From IMG/VR virus record IMGVR_UViG_3300044697_000009, positions 1 through 64,000 of that record: 64,000 bases of DNA. One strand, written 5' to 3'. Both the position numbers and the translations under genes were made by a program. How positions within the stretch are numbered: position 1 is the first letter of the stretch; each line of letters begins with the position of its first letter. Of the stretch, positions 31,953-40,961 are shown piece by piece. Source of the DNA: a virus. Under the pieces are notes generated by a model. The model ran no database searches. It was not told the DNA's origin and worked only from the letters and a program-made list of their open reading frames with translations.

Positions 31953-32450
31953 TTAATCCGTAATCAAGAGTGATTTAGCTGTGTAACCAATCGTACCTGA
32001 ATGATTAGATCCAGTAATACTGGTAGATGAGAATTGGACTTGACCCAAGTCTGTAATAGAGAATGTAACGTCTCCGTTGCCCGTATATTCCCTTGACATT
32101 TCCCATTTATTACCAGTAGGATTATTAGGATTGTATATAACTTCTAAAGTCCCAAACTCCGATACTGTCGTAGCACCTGATCCAGTTGTAGATCTATAAA
32201 CAGTGTATTGAACTGCTGCACCTTGTACTGCCGCAACCGGGAAGGCTAAAGCTGGTAAACTAACATTTGTATTAACATTAGCGACCATTGTATAGATTTG
32301 AGGAGGAATATCGTAAGGACCTGCAACTGATGCAAGAGCATCTGCCGTTAATTCAGCGAACTGAGTAATAGCAGGCGCCCAGTTTGGGGAATCAGCAGAT
32401 ACGGGGAATTGTATAGGAGTTCCAGATATAGTAACAGTGATTGGCATCAA
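31953..32450 (-). CDS. Virion structural protein
   Basis: Beta-rich, first gene after the late motif at 32479. Confidence 0.6.
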   Translation of the reverse strand: MMPITVTISGTPIQFPVSADSPNWAPAITQFAELTADALASVAGPYDIPPQIYTMVANVNTNVSLPALAFPVAAVQGAAVQYTVYRSTTGSGATTVSEFGTLEVIYNPNNPTGNKWEMSREYTGNGDVTFSITDLGQVQFSSTSITGSNHSGTIGYTAKSLLITD

Positions 32451-32478
32451 TAACCTATAGTAGAAAAGAGATCTACTA

Positions 32479-32490
32479 TATAGTTATTAA
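32479..32490 (-). promoter_or_regulatory. Putative late promoter TTAATAACTATA
   Basis: Exact copy of the motif. Confidence 0.75.
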
Positions 32491-32492
32491 CT

Positions 32493-33992
32493 TTATGATC
32501 TTTTAGGATAAGGAAAATTTGTCCAGGTTTTTTCTAGTTTCTCGTATTTATTTTTCTTTAATAAAAGCACATACTTACCTTTTTTAGGTTTCTTTTTAAT
32601 CGGTAAGTCCTTGTATTGTAGTCTTGCGTATTCATCAAGGAGTTGTTTCACCTCCAATGGCATAGCCTTCCTGTTTTGAAACCCTCCTTCAGTATTCCAT
32701 TCTGGAAGCCATTCTATACCTAGGTCTTTAGCATATTTTTTCATGCTAGATGTTCTTGTAAAATGCCGTTCAGTTACTTCTTTACCATCTTTAACATAGA
32801 CCTGGGTTGATCCATAGTTTTTACCTAAGTAATCAAAATTACAAGCCTGGTATATAGTTCCTATTTCACCTGCATCAGGATCGCTATAAGCCGTAAATAT
32901 ACGTTTTTCTGTATTATTCACCATCCATCTACAACTAAACATAACTAGCCGTGAGCCTAAATTCTTCGGAGTCCAGCTAGCGCAGGCTCCTCGTTGAATC
33001 AAGGCTTCTAATTTCTTATCGAATTGATAGCTATTAGGCTCAGCTATCATCACGACTCCGCCTAATAACCCGTTGTATCTAGCTGTAAACACGTATCTAA
33101 CGCCAAATCCACAAGTCCCAAGCCATTCGTATCTTTCAATAAACTTTCTATGTTCATCCGTAATCTTTTCTTGAGCTAAAACGAATTCACTAGCTTTTAC
33201 GTTTAAAGGCATTCCATTTTTGATGTCTTCTTTAAGTAGTTGATCTCTCTTAAGTTTTTGCCAACATACATTTTTTGGAAGACTATCTTTTTTAATATTT
33301 CTATTATAGTCGGAAAACTCAGGTTTTAAATTAGTGTAATGACATAATTCGTACATCTGTTGTTCGGTTCTAACTTTAGATAAAGGAATAACGTGATCTA
33401 TATCCCATATTTCACCGTAGTTATCCCAAGTCATATTAGGTTGGAATTGAGACTCCAGATACATTTTAAGTTCTTCTAGAGTACATCCTATGTATTCAGA
33501 AAAATGAGTGTCCTTTTTCCAAGACGTTCGTTTTAATGCGTAATATAACCTATTTCTGAGTCTTCGGCTTAATTTATAGAATAAATCATTTTTTTCTCGA
33601 TCTTTTCTATAAGACCGTCTTTTTATTCTAATTATAGGCTTATTATCATGGTAATATTGTCTAGTTCTTTGTTTTATATTTTCTTTTTTAGATTCATAAT
33701 ATTTTTTAGTATTTATAGATCTGCATTCTTTACATTGTGTACATAATCCATCCGGATTGTTTTTATCTTTAGTAAAGTATTCGGCGGGTTTTTGAATGCC
33801 ACAAGTTCTACAAATTTTTGAAGAAACTGATATAGAATTATTTTTTGGATTATTTAGACGACGAATTCTTTTTTTCTTAGAACCGCAATTTCTGCAATAT
33901 GTTCTATATCCGTCTTTAGTTAAACTATGTTTATTGAATTCACTTATATTATATTCTGTATGACATAATGTACATGTTTTTCGATCAATCAT
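32493..33992 (-). CDS. Fusion: Zn-finger/HNH endonuclease plus Mom-like (GNAT) DNA-modifying domain
   Basis: Two CxxC..CxxC repeats; WDIDHVIPL..CHYTNL..N HNH core; C-terminal PKNLGSRL..AYSDP..G.IGTIYQACNF.YLG, resembling the phage Mu Mom family signature. Confidence 0.75.
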   Translation of the reverse strand: MIDRKTCTLCHTEYNISEFNKHSLTKDGYRTYCRNCGSKKKRIRRLNNPKNNSISVSSKICRTCGIQKPAEYFTKDKNNPDGLCTQCKECRSINTKKYYESKKENIKQRTRQYYHDNKPIIRIKRRSYRKDREKNDLFYKLSRRLRNRLYYALKRTSWKKDTHFSEYIGCTLEELKMYLESQFQPNMTWDNYGEIWDIDHVIPLSKVRTEQQMYELCHYTNLKPEFSDYNRNIKKDSLPKNVCWQKLKRDQLLKEDIKNGMPLNVKASEFVLAQEKITDEHRKFIERYEWLGTCGFGVRYVFTARYNGLLGGVVMIAEPNSYQFDKKLEALIQRGACASWTPKNLGSRLVMFSCRWMVNNTEKRIFTAYSDPDAGEIGTIYQACNFDYLGKNYGSTQVYVKDGKEVTERHFTRTSSMKKYAKDLGIEWLPEWNTEGGFQNRKAMPLEVKQLLDEYARLQYKDLPIKKKPKKGKYVLLLKKNKYEKLEKTWTNFPYPKRS

Positions 33993-33998
33993 ACATAC

Positions 33999-34027
33999 AC
34001 TATATCACAAGTTATATAAAAAGTCAA
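33999..34027 (-). promoter_or_regulatory. Sigma70-type promoter of the HNH/Mom gene (probably leaderless mRNA)
   Basis: TTGACT-17nt-TATAGT; -10 lies 6 nt from the ATG; no RBS. Confidence 0.8.
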
Positions 34028-34049
34028 GTGTTTTTTGCATGAATTATAT

Positions 34050-34077
34050 AAAAAAGAGGGGGCTGTTAACCCCCTCT
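34050..34077 (-). terminator. Rho-independent terminator after the major capsid gene
   Basis: Stem AGAGGGGG/CCCCCTCT followed by a T run on the - strand. Confidence 0.9.
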
Positions 34078-34090
34078 AGATACTGAGGAA

Positions 34091-35332
34091 TTAGGTATTT
34101 ACGATGTTGTTGACCAATACGTTTCTACCTGGGGCCATGCAAAATATCGCCTGATCCGAGTAGAGACGGAGTTCATAGGCTGCAGAGTTTTCCAAATCGC
34201 GGAAAAACTCTTCACCTTGACCAGGTCGTTTAAACGTCATATCAGTTGAACCAACTCGGAACCATTCTTCCATAGCAAGGATATAAGCATAACCTTGTTT
34301 AACGTAGATAGAAGGCTCGATTTCGATCTCACCGTTTTGTGAGAAGAAACGGAGAGCTTTCCCACCGTTTTGGAGTTGAACAGAAGAATACGATTCGTCG
34401 TATCTGCGGAGAGCAGCTTGGTCAGACAGAACGTTTGACCAGGTACGAGGATTCAAGAGAGCCAAGACGTTACCATCGAGACCTTTTTCAACTGCACGAG
34501 CAGTCGCATAGTTCAAGATGTTAAACGAAAGAGCGGAACTTGAAGCGGAATACGTATTACCTTTCCAGAGGTTAAACTGAGCCGCGTTGATATTAAACAA
34601 CGTAGTTTGATTCGTAAGAATCATATGGATACCAGGAAATTCGTTACCATAAGCGCCAGCGTGCCAGATAACGTCGTTAGTCTGAACGCCAGTAGCGTTA
34701 GTTGACAATGTAACGGTTTGAGCCGTCATATCAACAGCGGAAACTGAGAAGTTCCCACGAGATGTCGAACCGTTGCTGGAACGAATCTCAATCGGCATAC
34801 CTTCAGCACCAGCCCAGATACCAGGAGCCCATTCAGACGTAGTGATTGTAAGAACAGCGCCAGACGTACTAGCGATGGTCGCGTAACCAACTTGTCCATA
34901 GAGCATCTCGATTTCGAGCTTTTTAGCCATAGAACGGAGCATGTTGGCAACGAGGAATTTCGTCGCATCCATGAACGCTTTTTGACCACCAAGGGCTGCA
35001 CGAGAAGCAGCGGCATAACCGAGCAGTGAACGAAGCACTACAGGATTACCACGGACTTGAGCATCCTTGATTTGACCAGCGATAGGAGCATTCAAATTGA
35101 AAGCATCTTCATCACTAGCAGCAAAGGTGATACCATGTTCCAGACCCAAGATAACAGGTTGATGGTAAAGGTTACCAGGCTGTTTATCTTTAGACAGGAA
35201 CTTGATTTTATTCATGAGCTTAACTCCATCAGGAATCAGCTCGCCAAGTTTATCAGCGTAGGTTTCTTTGAAGAAACCGTTAAGGGTACCAACCGAGTTA
35301 TTCGGGGTACCAAATGTATTTGCACTCGCCAT
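34091..35332 (-). CDS. Major capsid protein
   Basis: 413 aa after the scaffold; AAGGAG RBS; C-ending codon bias; downstream terminator; HK97-like ending ELRLYSD...PG.N. Confidence 0.85.
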   Translation of the reverse strand: MASANTFGTPNNSVGTLNGFFKETYADKLGELIPDGVKLMNKIKFLSKDKQPGNLYHQPVILGLEHGITFAASDEDAFNLNAPIAGQIKDAQVRGNPVVLRSLLGYAAASRAALGGQKAFMDATKFLVANMLRSMAKKLEIEMLYGQVGYATIASTSGAVLTITTSEWAPGIWAGAEGMPIEIRSSNGSTSRGNFSVSAVDMTAQTVTLSTNATGVQTNDVIWHAGAYGNEFPGIHMILTNQTTLFNINAAQFNLWKGNTYSASSSALSFNILNYATARAVEKGLDGNVLALLNPRTWSNVLSDQAALRRYDESYSSVQLQNGGKALRFFSQNGEIEIEPSIYVKQGYAYILAMEEWFRVGSTDMTFKRPGQGEEFFRDLENSAAYELRLYSDQAIFCMAPGRNVLVNNIVNT

Positions 35333-35350
35333 TTTCTATACTCCTTAAAA

Positions 35351-35830
35351 TTAATAGCTTTCGCCGCTAGAGGTTGCAGGTTCTGTAACGTATTCGACTT
35401 CGACACAGCCGTTAAGAGTGTTTGAAGTAGCGATAGATACAGAAGCTACGCAATCCAACATCATATCGGAACCGTTACTAGCGATAGGACCGCCAGCATC
35501 TTCAGACAATTTGTATAAAACTCCGGTAACGACATCGGCACAACGAAGGCTGACTATCTTTTGTACGGGTTCTCTAATTTTGACCAAAATATTAAAGGTC
35601 CCGGACGAGTCAACGGGTGAAGTGGAATAATTTGCAGTTTCTCCAGAATCCAAAGCGGAAGTGATTTGATCGACACCTTGTGTCCTGATAAACAGGATGG
35701 CAGGTTCGTCACAACTCACTGAAACGCTAGCTGAAGAAGCATTCCCAACGATCACGAAGGGAATTGAGACTTTTTGAACTTTAAGTTGTCTTTGTAACGT
35801 AAGTTCATTACTAGCTTGATATTGAGACAT
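35351..35830 (-). CDS. Head decoration / minor capsid protein
   Basis: Beta-rich; ATG 35830 with AGGAAAG RBS preferred to track start 35905. Confidence 0.55.
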   Translation of the reverse strand: MSQYQASNELTLQRQLKVQKVSIPFVIVGNASSASVSVSCDEPAILFIRTQGVDQITSALDSGETANYSTSPVDSSGTFNILVKIREPVQKIVSLRCADVVTGVLYKLSEDAGGPIASNGSDMMLDCVASVSIATSNTLNGCVEVEYVTEPATSSGESY

Positions 35831-35952
35831 CTTGTCTTTCCTTCTAAAATAGGTTAATACAATGAAATTAAACCCTATTTCTTCCCGTTGGATGTCCACG
35901 CCCAATTAAGGTAACGCAGAGTCTACTAAGCAAATACTTTAGTGCTTACACA

Positions 35953-35964
35953 TATAGTTATTAG
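35953..35964 (-). promoter_or_regulatory. Putative late promoter (CTAATAACTATA) of the capsid operon
   Basis: One mismatch to the motif. Confidence 0.72.
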
Positions 35965-36027
35965 AAATTATATAATATTTTGGTATATTTTTTGCTTACC
36001 ATAGGATTATATAATGATTCTGAGGAT

Positions 36028-36933
36028 TTACACCCCAAAAAAGGTTTTGAAATTTACTTTCTTACCAGTTTCTTTAGGTTCTGCTTTTTTACCAACATCG
36101 AGAGTTTTGTTGGAACCAACGGCGACTTTTTCTTTCGCCCTAGCAACATTTTTCTTTCTAATGCTGTTAATTTTGTCCTTACCAACAAGTTTCTCTACGA
36201 CTTCATCAGGCATTACCTGAAACATGGACTTTAAGTCTTCCATTACTTCTTCACGAACCAATGGAATAACGTCTTCTGGGAGGACGTCTTTACCATTTTG
36301 AAGCCCAACAAGCATATAATCTGCAATCTTTTTAACTATATACGGGGATTTAGGAAGATCAGTTTTTTGAAGTGCTTGATCCATAAGGATGTCATAACGT
36401 TCATATTGTTCTTCTGTAAGTCTTTGTTTTTGTTCTTCTAATGCAGCTTGCTTTTCTCTTTCACGTTCTTCTTTTAAGGCTTTAAGCTCAGCTTCAAGTT
36501 TTTCTTTAGCAAGTTGTTCAGGAGATTTCTTAGAGTCAGCAATTTCTTTCTCAATGATATCAGCTGCTAGTTTTTTAACATCTAGACCGATATGAGGGTC
36601 TGAAAGAACACGAGCTGGATCTTTTCGTAAATCTTCAATGAATTTAACTACTTCCTTTTGAAGACTTGAGAATTCTTCCATCCGTTTACCAGCGACTTTT
36701 GCCATCTGGAGTTGACGAGTGATGTATTCATCGTCATTTGGATCGAATTCTTCCTCGAATTCTTCACCGTCGACTTTGAGTTTAAATTTTCTTTTAGAAG
36801 GTGTGGAAGATTGAGCTGGTTTAGTCTGAGCTTGAGTTTCCTGAGTAGTTTCAGGGGTTTCAGCCGCAGTGTCTTGTGTTTCAATACTATCTGTTGCTTC
36901 TGGCGCCGCAGGAGCGGCTTGATCTTGTGCCAT
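36028..36933 (-). CDS. Capsid scaffolding protein
   Basis: Acidic disordered N-terminus, FKLKVDGEE motif, charged coiled coils, upstream of capsid. Confidence 0.8.
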   Translation of the reverse strand: MAQDQAAPAAPEATDSIETQDTAAETPETTQETQAQTKPAQSSTPSKRKFKLKVDGEEFEEEFDPNDDEYITRQLQMAKVAGKRMEEFSSLQKEVVKFIEDLRKDPARVLSDPHIGLDVKKLAADIIEKEIADSKKSPEQLAKEKLEAELKALKEEREREKQAALEEQKQRLTEEQYERYDILMDQALQKTDLPKSPYIVKKIADYMLVGLQNGKDVLPEDVIPLVREEVMEDLKSMFQVMPDEVVEKLVGKDKINSIRKKNVARAKEKVAVGSNKTLDVGKKAEPKETGKKVNFKTFFGV

Positions 36934-37015
36934 GGTTTAATTCCTTTCGTCCCGTCCATTGGATAGGGAGAATAATACCGTCCCGAAATTGGGATAGGTC
37001 AATAATTCTAGAGAG

Positions 37016-37243
37016 TTATACGGCTACACCTTTTTTACCTTTGATATTCAGATACGATTTATCCTTTAAAGCCTTCATTGGGTCTTGAGAAGCCTTAGCT
37101 TCGGCAGTAGCTTTGCCAGGATTGATTAAATCTTGTACCCTAGTGAATTTCTTAGGTTTTTCTTTCTCTTTTTTCTTACTTGAATCACTATAAGTTTCTT
37201 TCATGTCAGGTAACAAACCGTTAAAAGTGTTTATGGATGCCAT
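37016..37243 (-). CDS. Small basic protein with capsid-like N-terminus
   Basis: MASINTFNG...KETYSD vs capsid MASANTF...NGFFKETYAD; own late motif and AGGA RBS. Confidence 0.65.
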   Translation of the reverse strand: MASINTFNGLLPDMKETYSDSSKKKEKEKPKKFTRVQDLINPGKATAEAKASQDPMKALKDKSYLNIKGKKGVAV

Positions 37244-37265
37244 ATATAATAATTCCTGTCTGTAA

Positions 37266-37277
37266 TATAGTTATTAA
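37266..37277 (-). promoter_or_regulatory. Putative late promoter TTAATAACTATA
   Basis: Exact copy of the motif. Confidence 0.75.
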
Positions 37278-37393
37278 AACTAAAGCAATCGTGAATAGTT
37301 TTAATCTTTTATGTCTTTTGATGTATTTATCTTGTTTTATATTCAAAGTATGATGAGATTTTTGTGGATTCGAATTAAATATGATTTTACCCA

Positions 37394-37744
37394 TTATAAA
37401 TTACCTACTGCTTGAATAATTTGGTTTTTCATGTATTGAATTCTGTCTGGAGTTAAATAAGGTGACATTTGTGGAGTTATTTCAACATAACTCAATGCAT
37501 CAAACGCCAACCAAAGAAGCCCTTGACTTCCATAAAGATTTACTTCTTGTAGAGCTAATTCTATTTCATTTGCAATTGTTGAACTCATGCCCATAGCCAT
37601 GTTTTCAGCACCAAATTGTTGTACCATTCCAGTCCATGCGGCTTGTGCTTCTTGAACTTTTTCTAATGCCGTGTTGTATTGTGTTTGATTCAAATTAAAG
37701 TATGTAGGATTTCCATTATATCCGCACGCCATTTCATTCCTCAT
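37394..37744 (-). CDS. Hypothetical protein, possible fibre assembly chaperone
   Basis: Follows the Gly-rich genes. Confidence 0.5.
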   Translation of the reverse strand: MRNEMACGYNGNPTYFNLNQTQYNTALEKVQEAQAAWTGMVQQFGAENMAMGMSSTIANEIELALQEVNLYGSQGLLWLAFDALSYVEITPQMSPYLTPDRIQYMKNQIIQAVGNL

Positions 37745-38726
37745 ATTCTATTACAACTAAACCAGGAGATCCTGAACCACCATTTCCCGCATTGCCTCCA
37801 GCTCCACCACCTGCAGTACCGGCGCCACCTCCGCCACCTCCTCCGCCACCACCACCACCACGTCCTCCAACTCCAGCTGTACCAGATGTCGCATTAGTAC
37901 CAGTACCTCCTGTACCAGATGCTACTCCAGTTCCACCATTACCACCATTTCCAGCATTACCACCTGAAGGAGAAGGTAAATTTCCTAATGTAAATTCATC
38001 TCCAATACCACCTACACCGCCTGCACCACCTCCGCCTCCACCACCAGAAGAACTATTTCCAGTTCCACCTGTACCAGCTGTACCAACTACAGGAGCAGTA
38101 AATGAATTTCCATAAAAAAAACTACTACTAGCAGGAGTTGCTGGAGTTCCGCCATTATTACCACTTGCTCCTGTAGAACTAGCGCCACCAGCTCCAGATC
38201 CAGAAGCTGCTGTTTGTGAACTAGGTGTATATAACAAACCATAACTTGTTGATGCCGCAGCTCCGCCTATACCCCCGGCACCTCCAACTGATGCGGATGA
38301 TGCTATTAAACCTCTAGTGCCATTACTACCACCTGTTCCACCTAATGTTGTAGATACAAGTCCAACGATTGCCGATAATCCACCTTGACCACCTGAACTC
38401 CCATTTGTTCCATCGGCTGGAGTACTTGCTCCTCCAGTTCCTGCAGTTCCACCACTACCACCGGAACCGACAGTAATTGTATATGTTGTACCAGGAGTAA
38501 CAGCTAATGAAACTTCTATAAATGAAGTTGGCCCACCTCCACCTCCACCATTTCCACCGCCTCCACCACCGCGATTTGTATTTATTTGACTTCCCGCACC
38601 ACCACCACCTCCACCTCCACCACCAGCTCCTGGACGTAAGAAAGCTTTTATACACGTTACTCCCGCAGGACATGTCCACGTTCCTGATGTAATAAATGTT
38701 TCATATATTTTTCTTGTTTGAGGCAT
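37734..38726 (-). CDS. Glycine-rich tail/adhesin protein, paralog 3
   Basis: FITSGTWTCPAGV...GAGGGGGG...GSPGLVVIEY. Confidence 0.75.
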   Translation of the reverse strand: MPQTRKIYETFITSGTWTCPAGVTCIKAFLRPGAGGGGGGGGGAGSQINTNRGGGGGGNGGGGGGPTSFIEVSLAVTPGTTYTITVGSGGSGGTAGTGGASTPADGTNGSSGGQGGLSAIVGLVSTTLGGTGGSNGTRGLIASSASVGGAGGIGGAAASTSYGLLYTPSSQTAASGSGAGGASSTGASGNNGGTPATPASSSFFYGNSFTAPVVGTAGTGGTGNSSSGGGGGGGAGGVGGIGDEFTLGNLPSPSGGNAGNGGNGGTGVASGTGGTGTNATSGTAGVGGRGGGGGGGGGGGGAGTAGGGAGGNAGNGGSGSPGLVVIEYEE

Positions 38727-39724
38727 TACTCAGTCCATTCAATAACTATTAAACCAGAAGACCCATTTCCACCAGCACCACCAGAACCTCCAGCACCACC
38801 AGATACTAATCCCGCACCACCACCGCCACCGCCGCCTCCTGAACCGCCACCACGTCCTCCAGTTCCGTTTCCACCAGATGAACCATTTGTTGCAGCACTA
38901 GCAGTTGCAGTACTTCCACTAGTTCCATTTCCGCCGGCTCCGCCGTTTCCACCGGAAGGTGCCGATTGTCCATAAACTGAATATTCATCAGCTGTCGCAC
39001 CACCACTTCCTCCACCGCCAGCACCTCCTCCCCCATATAAGCTACTAGAACCTGTTCCGTTAGTGCCTCGTAATCCATTTGTTGAATTAGCGTTAATATA
39101 TATGAAATATGAATTTGTTGTTCCTGGTGTTCCACTTGTTCCAGCTCCACCATTTCCACCAGTTGAACTCCCCCCTACGCCACCAGCAGCTCCAGGTCTA
39201 GCAGTACCAGAAGTTAAAACTCCAACACCAAATGATGTGCCCGCTGTACCAACTGCACCAACTGCTCCTCCAGAACTAGAAGTACCAGGATTTCCTGGAC
39301 CTCCGCCGCCTCCTGGGTATCCGCCAACTGCGTATATTCCATAAGGAATTCCTAAAGTAATTAAATTTCCAAAAGATGATATACCACCAAATCCTCCAGA
39401 ATTTCCAGTAGTACCAATATTACCAGCAGAACCTCCATTAGCGGCAGATCCACCTGAACCACCAGCTCCGATTGTTACTGTATATGTAGTTCCAGGGACA
39501 ACTGTTAATGGGAAATACCAACCAGATGCAGCACCACCAGAACCTCCAGAAGAACCACCTGCGCCGCCTCCTCCTGCTCCAGTGTAACCTCCACCTCCTC
39601 CACCGCCACTACCACCTCCACCAGCTCCTGGTCTTATATAAATTCTAATATTTTCAACACCAGCCGGTGCTGTCCAAGTTCCACTTGTTGTAAATATTTG
39701 AGAAACTTTTCTAGATTGAGACAT
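38726..39724 (-). CDS. Glycine-rich tail/adhesin protein, paralog 2
   Basis: FTTSGTWTAPAGV...GSSGLIVIEW. Confidence 0.75.
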   Translation of the reverse strand: MSQSRKVSQIFTTSGTWTAPAGVENIRIYIRPGAGGGGSGGGGGGGYTGAGGGGAGGSSGGSGGAASGWYFPLTVVPGTTYTVTIGAGGSGGSAANGGSAGNIGTTGNSGGFGGISSFGNLITLGIPYGIYAVGGYPGGGGGPGNPGTSSSGGAVGAVGTAGTSFGVGVLTSGTARPGAAGGVGGSSTGGNGGAGTSGTPGTTNSYFIYINANSTNGLRGTNGTGSSSLYGGGGAGGGGSGGATADEYSVYGQSAPSGGNGGAGGNGTSGSTATASAATNGSSGGNGTGGRGGGSGGGGGGGGAGLVSGGAGGSGGAGGNGSSGLIVIEWTE

Positions 39725-39978
39725 TACCCATTACCATTAACTATAATAGTTCCATCGGGAGAAGTATAAGTATCTGGATTTGGATATATAGGAGGTAGAT
39801 ATGACCAACCGATTTGTGGTATACAGCTAACTCCATTTAAAGTTAAATTATCTATTCTATTTACGTAATCGAAATTTTCTCCACCTAATGGATTAACAAA
39901 GAATAAATCAAGTATTGAATCATCATCTAATTCAAATACATTAACAATAAAACCTTGTGAAATTTGCGCGTATGTCAT
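39724..39978 (-). CDS. Small protein, possible adhesin partner or chaperone
   Basis: YAQI..G.IVNV...IGWSY pattern often seen beside Gly-rich fibre genes. Confidence 0.55.
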   Translation of the reverse strand: MTYAQISQGFIVNVFELDDDSILDLFFVNPLGGENFDYVNRIDNLTLNGVSCIPQIGWSYLPPIYPNPDTYTSPDGTIIVNGNG

Positions 39979-40958
39979 TATTCAATCCATTCTATAACTA
40001 ACAATCCATTACTTCCTTGCGATCCTGCGGCACCATTTCCACCACTTCCACCAGTTGTACCGCCAGCTCCGCCACCACCGCCTCCTCCACCACCAGCACC
40101 ACCTCTACCGCCAGTTGGTTGAGAACCAGGATTTGTACCAGATACGCCATTTGAACCTGTAGTTAAACTTGCATTTCCACCATTACCACCGTTACCAGCT
40201 GTCCCACCTGTTGGAGCGCCAACTCCATAGACATTGTATTCATCACCATTTGAAGCAGTGCCACCAGCGCCGCCAGCGCCACCACCACCGTTTGTTGATA
40301 TTCCGGTGCCACCTGTTCCCGAAGTTGCTAATGTTGGTATAGAATTTATTGGAGAAAAAAATATATTAGCGGCAGGAGTTCCTACCGTTCCACCATTACT
40401 GCCATTAGCACCTGTATCAGAACCACCTGCTCCACCGGAAGAACCATTAGCACCAAGACCAGGTAATAGTCCATATACGCCACCATTTGAAGCCACACCG
40501 CCTCCAGTTCCTCCCGTTGTTGAAGTTCCTGCACCGCCTAAATGACTAGCCAAACCACCATTTCCTCCTCCAGTTATATTATTTTGACCAGCAGAAATTA
40601 AAGATCCAAGACTTGTTATTCCACCATTACCACCGGCAGATCCTGCAGTTCCAGGATTTCCAGCAGAACCTCCAGTTCCAGCTGTTCCGCCTGAACCCCC
40701 AGAACCAACTGTAACCGTGTATGAAGTTCCTGGAGTAACCATTAAAGATGTATAAAATCCAGAAGCCGCTCCTCCAGATGATCCTCCACTTCCGCCTCCT
40801 CCACCACCGCCAGATGAGCCCGAATATCCTCCCCCACCACCTGCACCACCTCCGCCACCTCCGGCGCCAGGTCTGATGTAAACTCTTACACTAGTAACGC
40901 CAGCAGGAGCCACCCATGTACCAGAAGTTATGAAAGTTGTAAAAAGTTTACGACTCAT
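39978..40958 (-). CDS. Glycine-rich tail/adhesin protein, paralog 1
   Basis: FITSGTWVAPAGV...GSNGLLVIEW. Confidence 0.75.
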   Translation of the reverse strand: MSRKLFTTFITSGTWVAPAGVTSVRVYIRPGAGGGGGGAGGGGGYSGSSGGGGGGGSGGSSGGAASGFYTSLMVTPGTSYTVTVGSGGSGGTAGTGGSAGNPGTAGSAGGNGGITSLGSLISAGQNNITGGGNGGLASHLGGAGTSTTGGTGGGVASNGGVYGLLPGLGANGSSGGAGGSDTGANGSNGGTVGTPAANIFFSPINSIPTLATSGTGGTGISTNGGGGAGGAGGTASNGDEYNVYGVGAPTGGTAGNGGNGGNASLTTGSNGVSGTNPGSQPTGGRGGAGGGGGGGGGAGGTTGGSGGNGAAGSQGSNGLLVIEWIE

Positions 40959-40961
40959 TTC

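Noticed and set aside
37792-40545. Pro-rich + strand ORFs (37792, 38718, 39063, 40234)
   Set aside because: Antisense shadows of poly-Gly codons in the adhesin genes
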